A stretch of 32,000 bases of DNA from Vibrio vulnificus CMCP6. Its GTDB lineage: Bacteria > Pseudomonadota > Gammaproteobacteria > Enterobacterales > Vibrionaceae. A model generated the notes under the pieces. It did no database searches. It was not told where the DNA came from and was given only the letters and a program-made list of their open reading frames with translations. The stretch spans positions 1,470,001 to 1,502,000 of the forward strand of contig NC_004459.3 of NCBI RefSeq assembly GCF_000039765.1, given 5' to 3'. The position numbers were made by a program, and so were the translations under genes. This document shows, in pieces, positions 1 through 14,182 of the stretch. Position 1 is the stretch's first letter. The number at the start of each line of letters is the position of its first letter.

Positions 1-431
1 CTCCAGAACCGCAAGGTTTTGTTCAAAGGTTGCAGCATCATAAACAGGATCTTGATAGGAGTTGATTTGATGATTACCTGTTGCATTACATTCAGCCCCG
101 CTGTTTGGGCCAAATTCTTCCACGCAGTTATGGATCATGTGATCGTAACTGTGGTTCCCCACGATATGGCCAGAGTCGAGAGCCAACTTGAGCGCCTCAA
201 GTGCTCGGTCTTCATTTTCATCCCCAATTCCATCTAAGTGCCAAGCATTGAAATAGAACGTGGCTTTAATTCCGCCTTCATTGAGCACTTGAATGACATC
301 AAGGCTCGCGTTAATTGGGCCGTCATCAAAGGTTAAATAAATCGTGCCTTTTGGGCTTGTTTGTGCCAAAGCACTTCCTGAAATAACGATACTCGCAGCA
401 GTAAGTAAAGCCAGTTTTTTTAATTTCATTT
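1..431 (-). CDS. Chitin oligosaccharide / polysaccharide deacetylase, NodB-like, 5' part only (runs off window edge)
   Basis: Manual reverse translation from CAT at 429-431 gives MKLKKLALLTAASTIVISGSALAQTSPKGTIYLTFDDGPINASLDVIQVLNEGG...GNHSYDHMIH. It has a signal peptide, the NodB TFDDGP motif and an HxxxxH-like metal motif. Not listed in the supplied ORF track. Neighbouring chb operon supports the call. Confidence 0.9.
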
Positions 432-606
432 TTCTATCCTTTTTGAAATTAATTAATAATGACGTTGTTAGTTTTATATTGATAAAAGTGTTTTTATATT
501 CGCTAATTAAATAACGATTAATCAAAATCGTTGCTCTCTTCTTGGTTATTATCCTATCCATGATTACCAATCTAAAAATAGGGTTAATTGTTCGAAATGA
601 GATTTT

Positions 607-633
607 GTTCACGAACAATGCAACCGGTTGCGC
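607..633. promoter_or_regulatory. Two adjacent palindromes upstream of the chb operon: TTGTTC-AC-GAACAA (607-620) and GCAACCGGTTGC (622-633), the latter LacI/GalR-like operator
   Basis: Perfect inverted repeats read directly from sequence. Both lie in the intergenic region between the divergent deacetylase gene and chbB; a LacI-family gene is encoded at the end of the operon. Confidence 0.55.
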
Positions 634-697
634 TTTTTTGCATGGATTTATTTTGCTACAGTTTTTAGGTCAGATTTTGAACAAGGGAAAATAAGTG

Positions 698-1003
698 ATG
701 AAAAAGATTTTGTTATGCTGTAGTGCGGGCATGTCAACGAGTATGCTGGTCAAGAAAATGGAGCAAGCTGCCGCGAGCAAAGGGATCGAATGCAAGATTG
801 ATGCGTTATCTGTCAATGCGTTTGAGGAAGCGATTAAAGAATACGATGTTTGTCTGTTAGGGCCGCAAGTGCGATTCCAACTCGAGTCTTTACAGAAGAC
901 GGCGCATGAGCATGGTAAGAATATTGCGGCGATCTCTCCGCAAGCTTACGGAATGATGAAAGGTGATGAAGTTCTTCAGCAAGCGCTAGATTTAATTAAC
1001 TAA
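698..1003 (+). CDS. chbB: PTS system, diacetylchitobiose/cellobiose-family EIIB
   Basis: MKKILLCCSAGMSTSMLVKKME has the P-Cys motif of lactose/cellobiose-family IIB; followed by IIC and IIA. A GTG at 695 is an alternative start. Confidence 0.92.
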   Translation: MKKILLCCSAGMSTSMLVKKMEQAAASKGIECKIDALSVNAFEEAIKEYDVCLLGPQVRFQLESLQKTAHEHGKNIAAISPQAYGMMKGDEVLQQALDLIN

Positions 1004-1091
1004 TTCGCGAACGTAAAATTTTAAGAAGTTAATCAGGTCATATATTAAATATGGCTAAGGGTTGCTTTGTCTAAAAATAAGGAAGGATTCT

Positions 1092-2423
1092 ATGAAGCTT
1101 TATGATGCGATAATTGGAGTTGTTGAAAAATATATTGCTCCAATAGCGGCTAAAGTTGGTAATCAGCCTCACGTGAGAGCGATGCGTGATGGTTTTATCG
1201 TGGCCATGCCATTTATTATTGTTGGTAGTTTTATTTTAATTTTTGCTTTTCCACCTTTTTCAGAAGATACCACTAATACTTTTGGTCGAGTGTGGTTAGA
1301 TTTTGCTACTAAGCACTTCGATACCATTATGATGCCCTTCAATATGTCGATGGGGATCATGACGATATTTGTCTCGTTGGGGGTCGCTTACAGTTTGGCG
1401 AAAGCTTACAAAATGGATGGCATCACGAGTGCTGTGTTATCACTGATGTGCTTTTTGTTGGTGGCAGCACCGGCTAAAGATGGCGCTTTATCGATGGCAC
1501 ACATGGGCGGAACGGGAATCTTCACTGCAGTGATGTGTGCCTTCTTCGCGGTGGAGCTCTATCGCTTTATGAAGAAGCATAACATTACCATTCGAATGCC
1601 AGAACAAGTTCCTCCTGCGATTGCACGATCCTTTGAGGTTCTGCTACCAGTCTTAGCGATTTTTATTACGCTCTACCCGCTGAGTTTATTCGTGCAAGCC
1701 CAATACGATATGTTGATTCCAGATGCGGTTATGGCAATGTTTAAACCTCTGATCAGCGCATCCAATACACTTCCTGCTATTATTGGTGCCTTGCTGGTCT
1801 GTCAGCTATTGTGGTTTGCTGGTATTCACGGTGCGGCCATTGTTGTTGGCCTGCTTTCTCCTATCTTCCTAACTAATATCAGTGCAAACATTGATGCGTT
1901 CGTTGCCGGACAGCCAGTTCCAAACGTCTTTACTCAGCCATTCTGGGATTTCTACATCTTTATTGGTGGCTCTGGTGCGACATTAGCGCTAGTGATGTTG
2001 ATGTCTTTCAGCCGTTCAGCGCATTTAAAGAGCATTGGTCGTATGAGTGCGGTACCAGGACTCTTCCAGATTAACGAACCCGTTATCTTCGGTAGCCCTG
2101 TGGTGATGAACCCAATTCTCTTCCTACCATTTGTTTTTGCTCCGGTGATTAACGCCACCATCGCTTATTTTGCTGTGCAGTTTGGCTTTGTTGGCATGGG
2201 CGTAGCGACAACGCCTTGGACAACTCCGGCCATCATCGGTGCATCGTGGGGAAGTGGCTGGACATTTACGCCGATTCTCCTCGTTGTTGGGTTACTGATC
2301 CTTGATCTCTTCATCTATCTGCCATTTTTCAAAATGTTTGAGAAACAGATTCTGGAGCAAGAGCAACCCAACACAGAATCTCAAGAGCAGCCACAAGCCA
2401 GTGGCCAAGGTGTTACCGCTTAA
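1092..2423 (+). CDS. chbC: PTS system, diacetylchitobiose/cellobiose-family EIIC
   Basis: ORF 1062-2423; likely start is ATG at 1092 (MKLYDAIIGVVEKYIAPIAAKVGNQPHVRAMRDGF, typical EIIC-cellobiose N-terminus). Multiple hydrophobic segments. Confidence 0.93.
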   Translation: MKLYDAIIGVVEKYIAPIAAKVGNQPHVRAMRDGFIVAMPFIIVGSFILIFAFPPFSEDTTNTFGRVWLDFATKHFDTIMMPFNMSMGIMTIFVSLGVAYSLAKAYKMDGITSAVLSLMCFLLVAAPAKDGALSMAHMGGTGIFTAVMCAFFAVELYRFMKKHNITIRMPEQVPPAIARSFEVLLPVLAIFITLYPLSLFVQAQYDMLIPDAVMAMFKPLISASNTLPAIIGALLVCQLLWFAGIHGAAIVVGLLSPIFLTNISANIDAFVAGQPVPNVFTQPFWDFYIFIGGSGATLALVMLMSFSRSAHLKSIGRMSAVPGLFQINEPVIFGSPVVMNPILFLPFVFAPVINATIAYFAVQFGFVGMGVATTPWTTPAIIGASWGSGWTFTPILLVVGLLILDLFIYLPFFKMFEKQILEQEQPNTESQEQPQASGQGVTA

Positions 2424-2476
2424 TTTATCGAGATTTGAGGCTGCGAAGTCGCAGCCTCTCTTTGGAGGAGAGAAAA

Positions 2477-2785
2477 ATGGAACAAGAACTGGTGGTGATG
2501 GAAATCATTTGTAATGCAGGTGAAGCAAGAAGTTTGTGCTTTGAAGCATTGAAATTATCACGGCAGAAAGAGTTTGTGCTGGCGGACGAAAAACTGGCTC
2601 AAGCAAAGGAGTGTTTGAACAAGTCACACTTAGTGCAAACGCAGCTGATTGAAGAAGATCAAGGTGAAGGCAAAGTGCCTATGACATTGGTCATGGTGCA
2701 TGCACAGGATCACCTTATGACGACAATCTTGGCTCATGAGCTTGCAGTAGAAATGGTCGAACTTCATAAGCAGTTGGCTGGATGA
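2477..2785 (+). CDS. chbA: PTS system, diacetylchitobiose/cellobiose-family EIIA
   Basis: ATG 2477 after GGAGGAGAG; MEQELVVMEIICNAGEARSLCFEAL...MVHAQDHLMTT is a typical lactose/cellobiose IIA. Confidence 0.92.
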   Translation: MEQELVVMEIICNAGEARSLCFEALKLSRQKEFVLADEKLAQAKECLNKSHLVQTQLIEEDQGEGKVPMTLVMVHAQDHLMTTILAHELAVEMVELHKQLAG

Positions 2786-2794
2786 GGAAGTCTT

Positions 2795-4117
2795 ATGTCT
2801 AGAAAAGGACTAAAACTTGCGATTATCGGGGGAGGCAGTAGCTATACCCCTGAGTTAGTCGAAGGTGTATTAAAAAGAGCAGCATTTCTGCCAGTAGAGC
2901 AAATCCATTTTGTCGATATTGAGGCGGGTGCAGAAAAACTGGAGATCATTCGTCAGTTATCGCAAAGAATGGTGGATAAGGTTGGCGCTAAGATTGAGAT
3001 CAAAGCTGGCTTTGATCGTAGAGAAGCGATCTTGGGTGCCGATTTTGTCATGACACAATTTCGTGTAGGCGGATTAGCCGCCCGAGCCAGTGATGAGCGC
3101 ATCCCATTGAAGTATGATGTGATTGGTCAAGAAACCACTGGGCCAGGTGGGTTTGCTAAAGCCCTGCGCACCATCCCGGTGATCCTCGATATTTGTCGAG
3201 ATATCGAAGAGCTAGCACCTGAAGCTTGGATGCTGAACTTTACCAATCCAGCAGGGTTGGTCTCCGAAGCGGTAAGCAAGTACTCCAAGGTGAAAAGCAT
3301 TGGCTTATGCAATGTGCCAGTTTCAATGCAAATGATGATTGCAGAGATGATGGATTGCGAACCCAAGGAATTGCAGCTTGAGTTTGCTGGCCTTAATCAC
3401 TTGGTATGGGTACATAACGCTTGGCTAGACGGAAAAAATATCACGGAGACCGTGTTGGAAAAAGTTGGTGATGGTGCCAATTTCAGCATGAAGAACATTT
3501 GGGAAGAACCTTGGGATCCAACCTTCTTAAAAGCTTTAGGGGCCATTCCTTGTCCTTATCATCGCTACTTTTATCAAACCGACGCAATGTTGGCTGAAGA
3601 GAAGCAAAGCGCGCGAGAAAAAGGCACGCGAGCTGAGCAGGTGATGGAAACAGAAAAAGCGTTGTTCCAGCTTTATCAAGATCCCGGTTTAGATCATAAA
3701 CCCGAAGAGTTAGAGCAACGTGGTGGGGCGTACTATTCAGATGCTTCATTAAACTTGGTGGATGCGATTTACAACAACCGAAACAGTATCCATGTGGTTA
3801 ACGTCTTAAATAATGGTGCGATAAATACGTTGCCGGATAACGCCGTGATTGAATGCAGTTCTGTGGTAGGAAGTTGGGGAGCTAAGCCGATTGCTATAGG
3901 CACTTTGTCACCAAAACTCAGTGGACTGTTACATCAAGTGAAAGCCTATGAACAATTAGCGATCGAAGCTGCTGTTCATGGCGATTACCATCAGGCCTTG
4001 ATGGCATTAGCGAATAATCCATTGGTTCCTGATATTGGTAGAGCTAAGCTGATTTTGGACGATATTCTCCAAGAAAATGCAGAGTACTTACCGCAGTTTA
4101 AGTTAACCTCTCTTTAA
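2795..4117 (+). CDS. chbF: 6-phospho-beta-glucosidase, glycoside hydrolase family 4
   Basis: MSRKGLKLAIIGGGSSYTPELVEGVLKRA is the NAD-binding motif of GH4; also NPAG and CNVP motifs. Operon context. Confidence 0.92.
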   Translation: MSRKGLKLAIIGGGSSYTPELVEGVLKRAAFLPVEQIHFVDIEAGAEKLEIIRQLSQRMVDKVGAKIEIKAGFDRREAILGADFVMTQFRVGGLAARASDERIPLKYDVIGQETTGPGGFAKALRTIPVILDICRDIEELAPEAWMLNFTNPAGLVSEAVSKYSKVKSIGLCNVPVSMQMMIAEMMDCEPKELQLEFAGLNHLVWVHNAWLDGKNITETVLEKVGDGANFSMKNIWEEPWDPTFLKALGAIPCPYHRYFYQTDAMLAEEKQSAREKGTRAEQVMETEKALFQLYQDPGLDHKPEELEQRGGAYYSDASLNLVDAIYNNRNSIHVVNVLNNGAINTLPDNAVIECSSVVGSWGAKPIAIGTLSPKLSGLLHQVKAYEQLAIEAAVHGDYHQALMALANNPLVPDIGRAKLILDDILQENAEYLPQFKLTSL

Positions 4118-4136
4118 TAATAAGGTGGATGTTGAG

Positions 4137-4895
4137 ATGAAAGTTATTTTTAACGCTGACGATTTTGGCCTCACGCGAGGGGTGAATGATGGCATTGTCC
4201 ATGCTCATTTAGATGGCGTAGTACGCTCAACTACGATGATGGTTGGTATGCCCGCAGAAGCCCATGCAGTTGAGTTGGCTAACCATTTGCCAGAGTTAAA
4301 AGTGGGCCTTCATCTCAGATTCACTGCGGGGAGACCGCTAACGGAAGAGCAAAACCTAGTCGGCAGAGACGGCGATTTCACTCCTTATGGGCAATTTTGG
4401 CATCGACGAGACTACGATCCTATTGCGATACACAACGAAGCGGTAGCGCAAGTTGAGTACTTTTTAGCGCTGGGATTGAACTTGAGCCATATCGATAGTC
4501 ACCACCATGCGCATACTCATCCACAGTTTGAACCTGTTATTTACGACATTGCGAGAACCTATCAAGTACCGCTGCGAAGCACGGGATTGGCTGGTGAAGA
4601 AGAGTTTGGTTGCCGCTATCACTTTACCGATCATTTCTATGACAAGCGAGTAGGGCACGATTCGCTGATACAGCACTTGTTGACGTTAAAAGAGCACTAT
4701 GACGTTGTAGAAGTGATGTGTCACCCCGCCATCGTGGACACTGCGTTAGAAGCTTGCAGTGGTTATGCCAAACAAAGAGAACTTGAACTGGCCATTTTAA
4801 CCAGTGATGAACTCAAGCTAAGTTTGAGAAAGCATGATATCGAAGTCACGGATTATTCCGAGTTGATTTTTGCACCACTGCACAGCTGTGTATGA
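4137..4895 (+). CDS. chbG: Chitooligosaccharide deacetylase / YdjC-ChbG family carbohydrate deacetylase
   Basis: MKVIFNADDFGLTRGVNDGI and SHHHAHTHP motifs of the YdjC family; last gene of operon. A GTG at 4125 is an alternative start. Confidence 0.9.
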   Translation: MKVIFNADDFGLTRGVNDGIVHAHLDGVVRSTTMMVGMPAEAHAVELANHLPELKVGLHLRFTAGRPLTEEQNLVGRDGDFTPYGQFWHRRDYDPIAIHNEAVAQVEYFLALGLNLSHIDSHHHAHTHPQFEPVIYDIARTYQVPLRSTGLAGEEEFGCRYHFTDHFYDKRVGHDSLIQHLLTLKEHYDVVEVMCHPAIVDTALEACSGYAKQRELELAILTSDELKLSLRKHDIEVTDYSELIFAPLHSCV

Positions 4896-4899
4896 TTAA

Positions 4900-4951
4900 G
4901 ACTGCCAGCATCGCCCCCTAGTCACCTTTCAAGTTGCTGGCAGTCACTTTT
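4900..4951 (+). terminator. Rho-independent-like hairpin after chbG
   Basis: 11-bp stem GACTGCCAGCA / TGCTGGCAGTC followed by ACTTTTTA; the loop is long (~24 nt). Confidence 0.6.
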
Positions 4952-4990
4952 TATGAAGAAGCTCTGAGCGCTTCGAATTGGGTTGAAGGA

Positions 4991-5986
4991 ATGGCAAGAA
5001 TTAAAGATGTAGCAGAGCTTGCTGGTGTAAACCGCTCTACCGTATCGCGCATTATTAATGGCGAAGGCAAATTTAAAGAAGAAACCAAGAAGAAAGTTGA
5101 ATGGGCGATGGCGCAACTCAACTACCGACCAAGTGCTATAGCGCGCTCACTGGCCACATCTTCTTCCAATATGGTGGGGCTATTAGTTACCTACTATACA
5201 GGTGGTTTCTTCGGAGAAATGATGGACCGTGTTCAAACCGAGTTAGATCAACACAATAAATTTCTCATCACCGCTCAAGGACACCATTCCGCGCAAGGTG
5301 AACGAGATGCAATACAACGCTTTCATGACCTACGTTGTGATGGCTACGTCTTGCACAGCCGTTACTTATCTGATGATGATTTGAGAGAGTTAGCTCAGCA
5401 AACAACACCGTTCGTCTTATTAGATAGATACGTCGAAGGATTGGAAGAACGTTGTATTACCTTCGATCATCGAGCAGCTAGTTTGATCGCTGTGAATCAT
5501 CTAATTCATCAAGGTCATCGTCAAATCGGTTGCATTACTGGCCCAAGCCAACGGTATAACAGTCAACTGAGAAAACAAGGCTATCTAGATGCAATGAAGC
5601 AGATAGAGCATCAAGGAGGGGGGGCATTATGCATTGAAGGTGATTATGGTCGAAAAAGTGGCTACCGCGCGATGCAAGTTTTGCTTGAACGTGAACCTAC
5701 ATTGACGGCGGTATTTTCTTGCAGTGAAGAAATGACGATTGGTGCACTGCAATATTTGCATGAGAAGAAAATCGCAGTTCCAGAGCAAATATCTATAGTC
5801 AGTTTTGATAGTGTCGATCTGTGTGAGAGCCTTTATCCGACCGTGACAGCGGTGCATTTCCCGATTAGTGAGATGGCGGAAGTGGCGGTTCAAACCTTGA
5901 TTCATCTCATCAAAGATCAACCACTCACCCCTTTAGACGGTTTTCAGCCGATACTAAAAAGGCGGAATGCAGACCGTACAATTTAA
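4991..5986 (+). CDS. LacI/GalR-family transcriptional regulator, probable chb operon regulator
   Basis: MARIKDVAELAGVNRSTVSRIINGEGKFKEETKKKVEWAMAQLNYRPSAIARSLA (LacI HTH plus hinge) followed by a periplasmic-binding-like domain. Confidence 0.93.
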   Translation: MARIKDVAELAGVNRSTVSRIINGEGKFKEETKKKVEWAMAQLNYRPSAIARSLATSSSNMVGLLVTYYTGGFFGEMMDRVQTELDQHNKFLITAQGHHSAQGERDAIQRFHDLRCDGYVLHSRYLSDDDLRELAQQTTPFVLLDRYVEGLEERCITFDHRAASLIAVNHLIHQGHRQIGCITGPSQRYNSQLRKQGYLDAMKQIEHQGGGALCIEGDYGRKSGYRAMQVLLEREPTLTAVFSCSEEMTIGALQYLHEKKIAVPEQISIVSFDSVDLCESLYPTVTAVHFPISEMAEVAVQTLIHLIKDQPLTPLDGFQPILKRRNADRTI

Positions 5987-6055
5987 TCGAATCAGACACC
6001 TGCAGTAAGTTGAATTGTTGACTATCTTTGTAAGAGACATAACAAGGAGAGAGAT

Positions 6056-6463
6056 ATGTATCAACTTACTCCCTACCTTTACTTTGCTGGACGCTGTGCA
6101 GAAGCTCTCGAATTTTACCATCATTGCTTTGGTGGACGCGTAACCAACATCCGTTTGTTCAAAGATGCCCCTCAATATATTGAATCGGTAGAACCTGATT
6201 GGATTATGCATGCCGAATTTGAAGTGAATGGTATCCATCTGATGCTCTCAGACGGTGTCGTTGCCAAGGAGTTAGCGGGAAACAATATGGCGTTGTCTCT
6301 GTGCGTTGATGATCTCGACATACAACTAAAGTTGTTTGATCAATTGGCTGATGGTGGGCGAGTGATGATGCCTTTAACTGACACCTTTATTGGCAGTCGT
6401 TTAGGAAAGGTTGAAGACAAATTTGGTATTCGTTGGATGATTCACTGTAAATTTACAAATTGA
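6056..6463 (+). CDS. VOC-family (glyoxalase/bleomycin-resistance, PhnB-like) protein
   Basis: MYQLTPYLYFAGRCAEALEFYHHCFGGRV...EFEVNGIHLMLSD is a typical PhnB-like VOC protein. Confidence 0.85.
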   Translation: MYQLTPYLYFAGRCAEALEFYHHCFGGRVTNIRLFKDAPQYIESVEPDWIMHAEFEVNGIHLMLSDGVVAKELAGNNMALSLCVDDLDIQLKLFDQLADGGRVMMPLTDTFIGSRLGKVEDKFGIRWMIHCKFTN

Positions 6464-6557
6464 TAGTGATTGGAAATGTGAATTGTTATTGATGAATTAA
6501 TTGACAAAATCCACTAAAATTTCGCCTTTGTTTTGGAAATTTTGGTCTTAACGAGAA

Positions 6558-7814
6558 GTGGCAACTATCAAAATTACAGTAGATCGTATTCAACCTGGAT
6601 TACATATACGTCTGCCGTTGAAGTGGAACGAGCACCCTTTTCTTTTTAATAGCTTCAAGATCAAGGATCAGGAACAAGTGGAAATGATTCGCCACTTGGG
6701 CGTGAAGTGGGTCTTCCTCAATGTTAATCAGAGTGATACGCAGCCATTGCCTGCCAATCAGCAAAACCTTTCTGAAAGTGAACAGCAATCTGAAAAACTT
6801 GATGGCGAAACCAAAAAGCTTTGGGATGAAAAGCAAAAGCGTATCGAGAAGTTAAGTTCTTACCGACGTCGTGTCATTCAATGCGAAAAAGAATTTGAAC
6901 GTTCGTTGGCGAGAATGCGCTCTGTCATGACCAAAATTCGCAATCGTCCGACCGATGCGGTTGATGAAGCAAAACAACTCATCGATGACATCGTTGAAAA
7001 ATTGATGAGTGATGACAATGTGACCCTTCATCTCATGAATGGGAAAAGTGAATTTGAAGATATCTATTTTCACTCATTAAACGTGTCCGTCATCGCGATG
7101 ATGATAGGCCGTGCAAAAGGGTTTAGTGCGGCACAGCTAAAAGAACTTTCATTTGCCGCTTTGTTTCACGATATCGGTAAAATAAAAATTCCCTCTGCGA
7201 TTGTCCGTAAGCAAACGCCACTCACTGATCCTGAGTTTAATTACCTCAAACTGCATACCAAGTACGGATTGGATTTAGCCAATACAGTAGATGGTTTTCC
7301 AGATAGTGCAAAAAAGGTCATTGCGCAGCATCATGAGCTCAATGATGGTTCCGGTTATCCTGATGGTTTAAAGGAAAATGAAATTGACGAGCTGACACAA
7401 GTGATTGCGGTGGCGAATGCTTTCGACAATTTATGCCATCACAACATTCCTGCAGAACAGAAAATTCCCTACACCGCACTATCTCATCTATATAAGAACT
7501 GCAAGCACCTCTATAGTGCCGAGAACCTGAATATTCTCATTAAGTTCATGGGAGTGTTTCCACCAGGTACGGTCGTACAACTTTCCAATAACATGGTCGG
7601 GCTGGTCATTTCCGTCAATGCGGCTCATCTACTGTATCCCAATGTTTTGATGTACGACCCAGCAGTACCAAGAACTCAGGCGCCCATCATCGATTTAGCG
7701 GACAAAGATATAAAGATAGTCAGTGCAATTCATCCTAATAAATTACCTGACAAAGTGAGAGAGTACTTAAACCCTCGCTCACGAATTTCTTATTTCTTTG
7801 ATAGTGACGATTAG
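6558..7814 (+). CDS. HD-GYP domain protein with N-terminal DUF3391, putative c-di-GMP phosphodiesterase
   Basis: HDIGKIKIPSAI and HHELNDGSGYPDGLKENEI match the HD-GYP signature; the N-terminus 'RIQPGLHIRLPLKWNEHPFLFNSFKI' is DUF3391-like. Start appears to be GTG. Confidence 0.9.
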   Translation: MATIKITVDRIQPGLHIRLPLKWNEHPFLFNSFKIKDQEQVEMIRHLGVKWVFLNVNQSDTQPLPANQQNLSESEQQSEKLDGETKKLWDEKQKRIEKLSSYRRRVIQCEKEFERSLARMRSVMTKIRNRPTDAVDEAKQLIDDIVEKLMSDDNVTLHLMNGKSEFEDIYFHSLNVSVIAMMIGRAKGFSAAQLKELSFAALFHDIGKIKIPSAIVRKQTPLTDPEFNYLKLHTKYGLDLANTVDGFPDSAKKVIAQHHELNDGSGYPDGLKENEIDELTQVIAVANAFDNLCHHNIPAEQKIPYTALSHLYKNCKHLYSAENLNILIKFMGVFPPGTVVQLSNNMVGLVISVNAAHLLYPNVLMYDPAVPRTQAPIIDLADKDIKIVSAIHPNKLPDKVREYLNPRSRISYFFDSDD

Positions 7815-7873
7815 TTATCCACAGAATTTTGTGAATATCTTCTTTATATATTGAAGATAAAACTACGACAAAT

Positions 7874-7912
7874 AAACGTTTGAGTGAATAATCATCACTC
7901 GAACGTTTTTTT
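7874..7912 (+). terminator. Rho-independent terminator after the HD-GYP gene
   Basis: 13-bp stem AACGTTTGAGTGA / TCACTCGAACGTT followed by a T-run. Confidence 0.8.
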
Positions 7913-8050
7913 TAGAAAAAATGGCAAATAGCACTTGCCAATGAAACTACCTTCCCTATAATGCGCATCCACCGACACGGCAGACAGCGTAAGGCTTCAG
8001 CAAGGTCGGGTGAGGCAAAAGCTTCTGAGAAAATAAATTTGAAAAAGTGT

Positions 8051-8078
8051 TTGACTCTTCAAATTAACTCGCTAGAAT
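8051..8078 (+). promoter_or_regulatory. Putative rrn promoter (-35 TTGACT, 16-nt spacer, -10 TAGAAT)
   Basis: Located about 245 bp upstream of mature 16S, with a following GC-containing discriminator. Confidence 0.7.
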
Positions 8079-8117
8079 GCACCTCCGCTTTGAGAGAAAA
8101 GCTTCTCGAAAAGCAAA

Positions 8118-8128
8118 GCTCTTTAACA
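8118..8128 (+). promoter_or_regulatory. rrn leader boxA antitermination element (GCTCTTTAACA)
   Basis: Match to bacterial rrn boxA, located between promoter and 16S. Confidence 0.75.
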
Positions 8129-8321
8129 ATATAAACCTATCAATCTGTGTGGGCACTCGTTGATGATAATCCAAAAGATTTATCAATGAACTGAGTGACC
8201 AAATCAAGTTGGTAACAGCCTTGAGCTGTTTTGTTTCACTTTTTTAAAAGTGAAAGCCAATAAGAGCACAGTCAATTTATTCAGTATTCATTGAGCCGAA
8301 GCGCAAGCTTCAAAAAACTTT

Positions 8322-9864
<1,543 letters not shown>

Positions 9865-9926
9865 TACGATGATTATTGCGATGAGTGTTCACACAGATTG
9901 ATACGGTTTAGATTAGAGTATCTAGT

Positions 9927-10003
9927 GGGTCTGTAGCTCAGGTGGTTAGAGCGTACGCCTGATAAGCGTAAGGTCGGTGGTTCGAGTCCACTCAGACCCA
10001 CCA
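9927..10003 (+). tRNA. tRNA-Ile(GAT)
   Basis: Cloverleaf with acceptor GGGTCTG/CAGACCC, anticodon loop CTGATAA and encoded CCA; in the 16S-23S spacer. Confidence 0.97.
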
Positions 10004-10013
10004 CTCAAACGAT

Positions 10014-10089
10014 GGGGCTATAGCTCAGCTGGGAGAGCGCCTGCCTTGCACGCAGGAGGTCAGCAGTTCGATCCTGCTTAGCTCCACCA
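10014..10089 (+). tRNA. tRNA-Ala(TGC)
   Basis: Acceptor GGGGCTA/TAGCTCC, anticodon TGC, encoded CCA; in the 16S-23S spacer. Confidence 0.97.
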
Positions 10090-10140
10090 TCTTTAAGGGT
10101 TTTTCCTTAAGAATCTTTAAAAATGGTTTCGAAAGAAATC

Positions 10141-10152
10141 TGCTCTTTAACA
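10141..10152 (+). promoter_or_regulatory. Spacer boxA (TGCTCTTTAACA) upstream of 23S
   Basis: Sequence match to boxA in the 16S-23S spacer. Confidence 0.75.
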
Positions 10153-10368
10153 ATTTGGAAAGCTGACAAAACAACAATTTATTGTTGTTTGTAAAGTTCT
10201 CAATGTTTGTCTTTAGGACAAACACCAACAAACACATTCAAGTGTTCTTGGGAAGGTCACTTTTAGTGACTATTCGAAATTGAGTCCGGCAAAATCAACG
10301 CTATCTCGCTCATTCAAATAATGAGATAGCAACTTTGGTTGTTTAACAAAGACCCTTTGGGGTTGTAT

Positions 10369-13255
<2,887 letters not shown>

Positions 13256-13341
13256 TACAACACCCAAAGGGTTTTGATGGACTCGATGTAAGAACATTGA
13301 ATGTGTAGAGAATAGAAACAGCTTTCCGAATTTTAAGAATT

Positions 13342-13460
13342 TGCTTGGCGACCATAGCGTTTTGGACCCACCTGATTCCATTCCGAACTCAGAAGTGAAA
13401 CGAAATAGCGTCGATGGTAGTGTGGGGTTTCCCCATGTGAGAGTAGAACATCGCCAGGCT
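13342..13460 (+). rRNA. 5S ribosomal RNA, copy 1
   Basis: TGCTTGGCGACCATAGCG...TCGCCAGGCT, 119 nt, downstream of 23S. Confidence 0.97.
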
Positions 13461-13508
13461 TTTAATTTTTGAAACCCGCTTTCAGAGCGGGTTTCTCAAG
13501 TTTTAAAT

Positions 13509-13584
<76 letters not shown>

Positions 13585-13590
13585 TGATTT

Positions 13591-13709
13591 TGCTTAGCGA
13601 CCATAGCGCTTTGGACCCACCTGATTCCATTCCGAACTCAGAAGTGAAACGAAGTAGCGCCGATGGTAGTGTGGGGTTTCCCCATGTGAGAGTAGGACAT
13701 TGCTAGGCT
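13591..13709 (+). rRNA. 5S ribosomal RNA, copy 2 (divergent from copy 1)
   Basis: TGCTTAGCGACCATAGCGC...TTGCTAGGCT, 119 nt; 7 substitutions relative to copy 1. Confidence 0.95.
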
Positions 13710-13771
13710 CTTATTTGTTTTTTGCTTTTAAAAAGTAAAACAAAACTTAGACTCAATAGTCTAACCAGTGC

Positions 13772-13848
13772 GGAGCGGTAGTTCAGTTGGTTAGAATACC
13801 GGCCTGTCACGCCGGGGGTCGCGGGTTCGAGTCCCGTCCGCTCCGCCA
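13772..13848 (+). tRNA. tRNA-Asp(GTC)
   Basis: GGAGCGGTAGTTCAGTTGG...CCTGTCACGCC...CCGCTCCGCCA; anticodon GTC, encoded CCA. Confidence 0.96.
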
Positions 13849-13858
13849 CTTATACCAA

Positions 13859-13886
13859 GCCTCAGTTGAAAAACTGGGGCTTTTTT
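13859..13886 (+). terminator. Rho-independent terminator of the rrn operon
   Basis: 9-bp stem GCCTCAGTT-GAAA-AACTGGGGC followed by TTTTTT. Confidence 0.9.
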
Positions 13887-14182
13887 ACGTCTGGATGTTT
13901 GGGTTTACTCTAACGTCGAATGAGTTCTGCTTGATGAGTTCCGCTTGAATGCAAGTCTGGCCGTCCCTTGCCGCTCTAAACTGTGTTTTGTTGTCTGCGA
14001 TTACAGGTCTCTCTTACTGAAGGTGATTACTCGCTGATAGCTCCTCTGATTGGCATAGCATGCTTCCATTATGGCTTCATTACCTATGGTACGTTACTCT
14101 TAGAGTCGCTTAGGCATTTATAGGCTGCTACTTTCTTTTGAATCCTCACTTTCTGTCTTTTTAAGTGTTGGGATAACAGTAA

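Noticed and set aside
19-237. 72-aa plus-strand ORF at window start
   Set aside because: Antisense to the truncated NodB-family deacetylase read on the minus strand.
6600-7073. Minus-strand ORFs inside the HD-GYP gene
   Set aside because: Shadow ORFs; the plus-strand frame encodes full DUF3391 and HD-GYP motifs.
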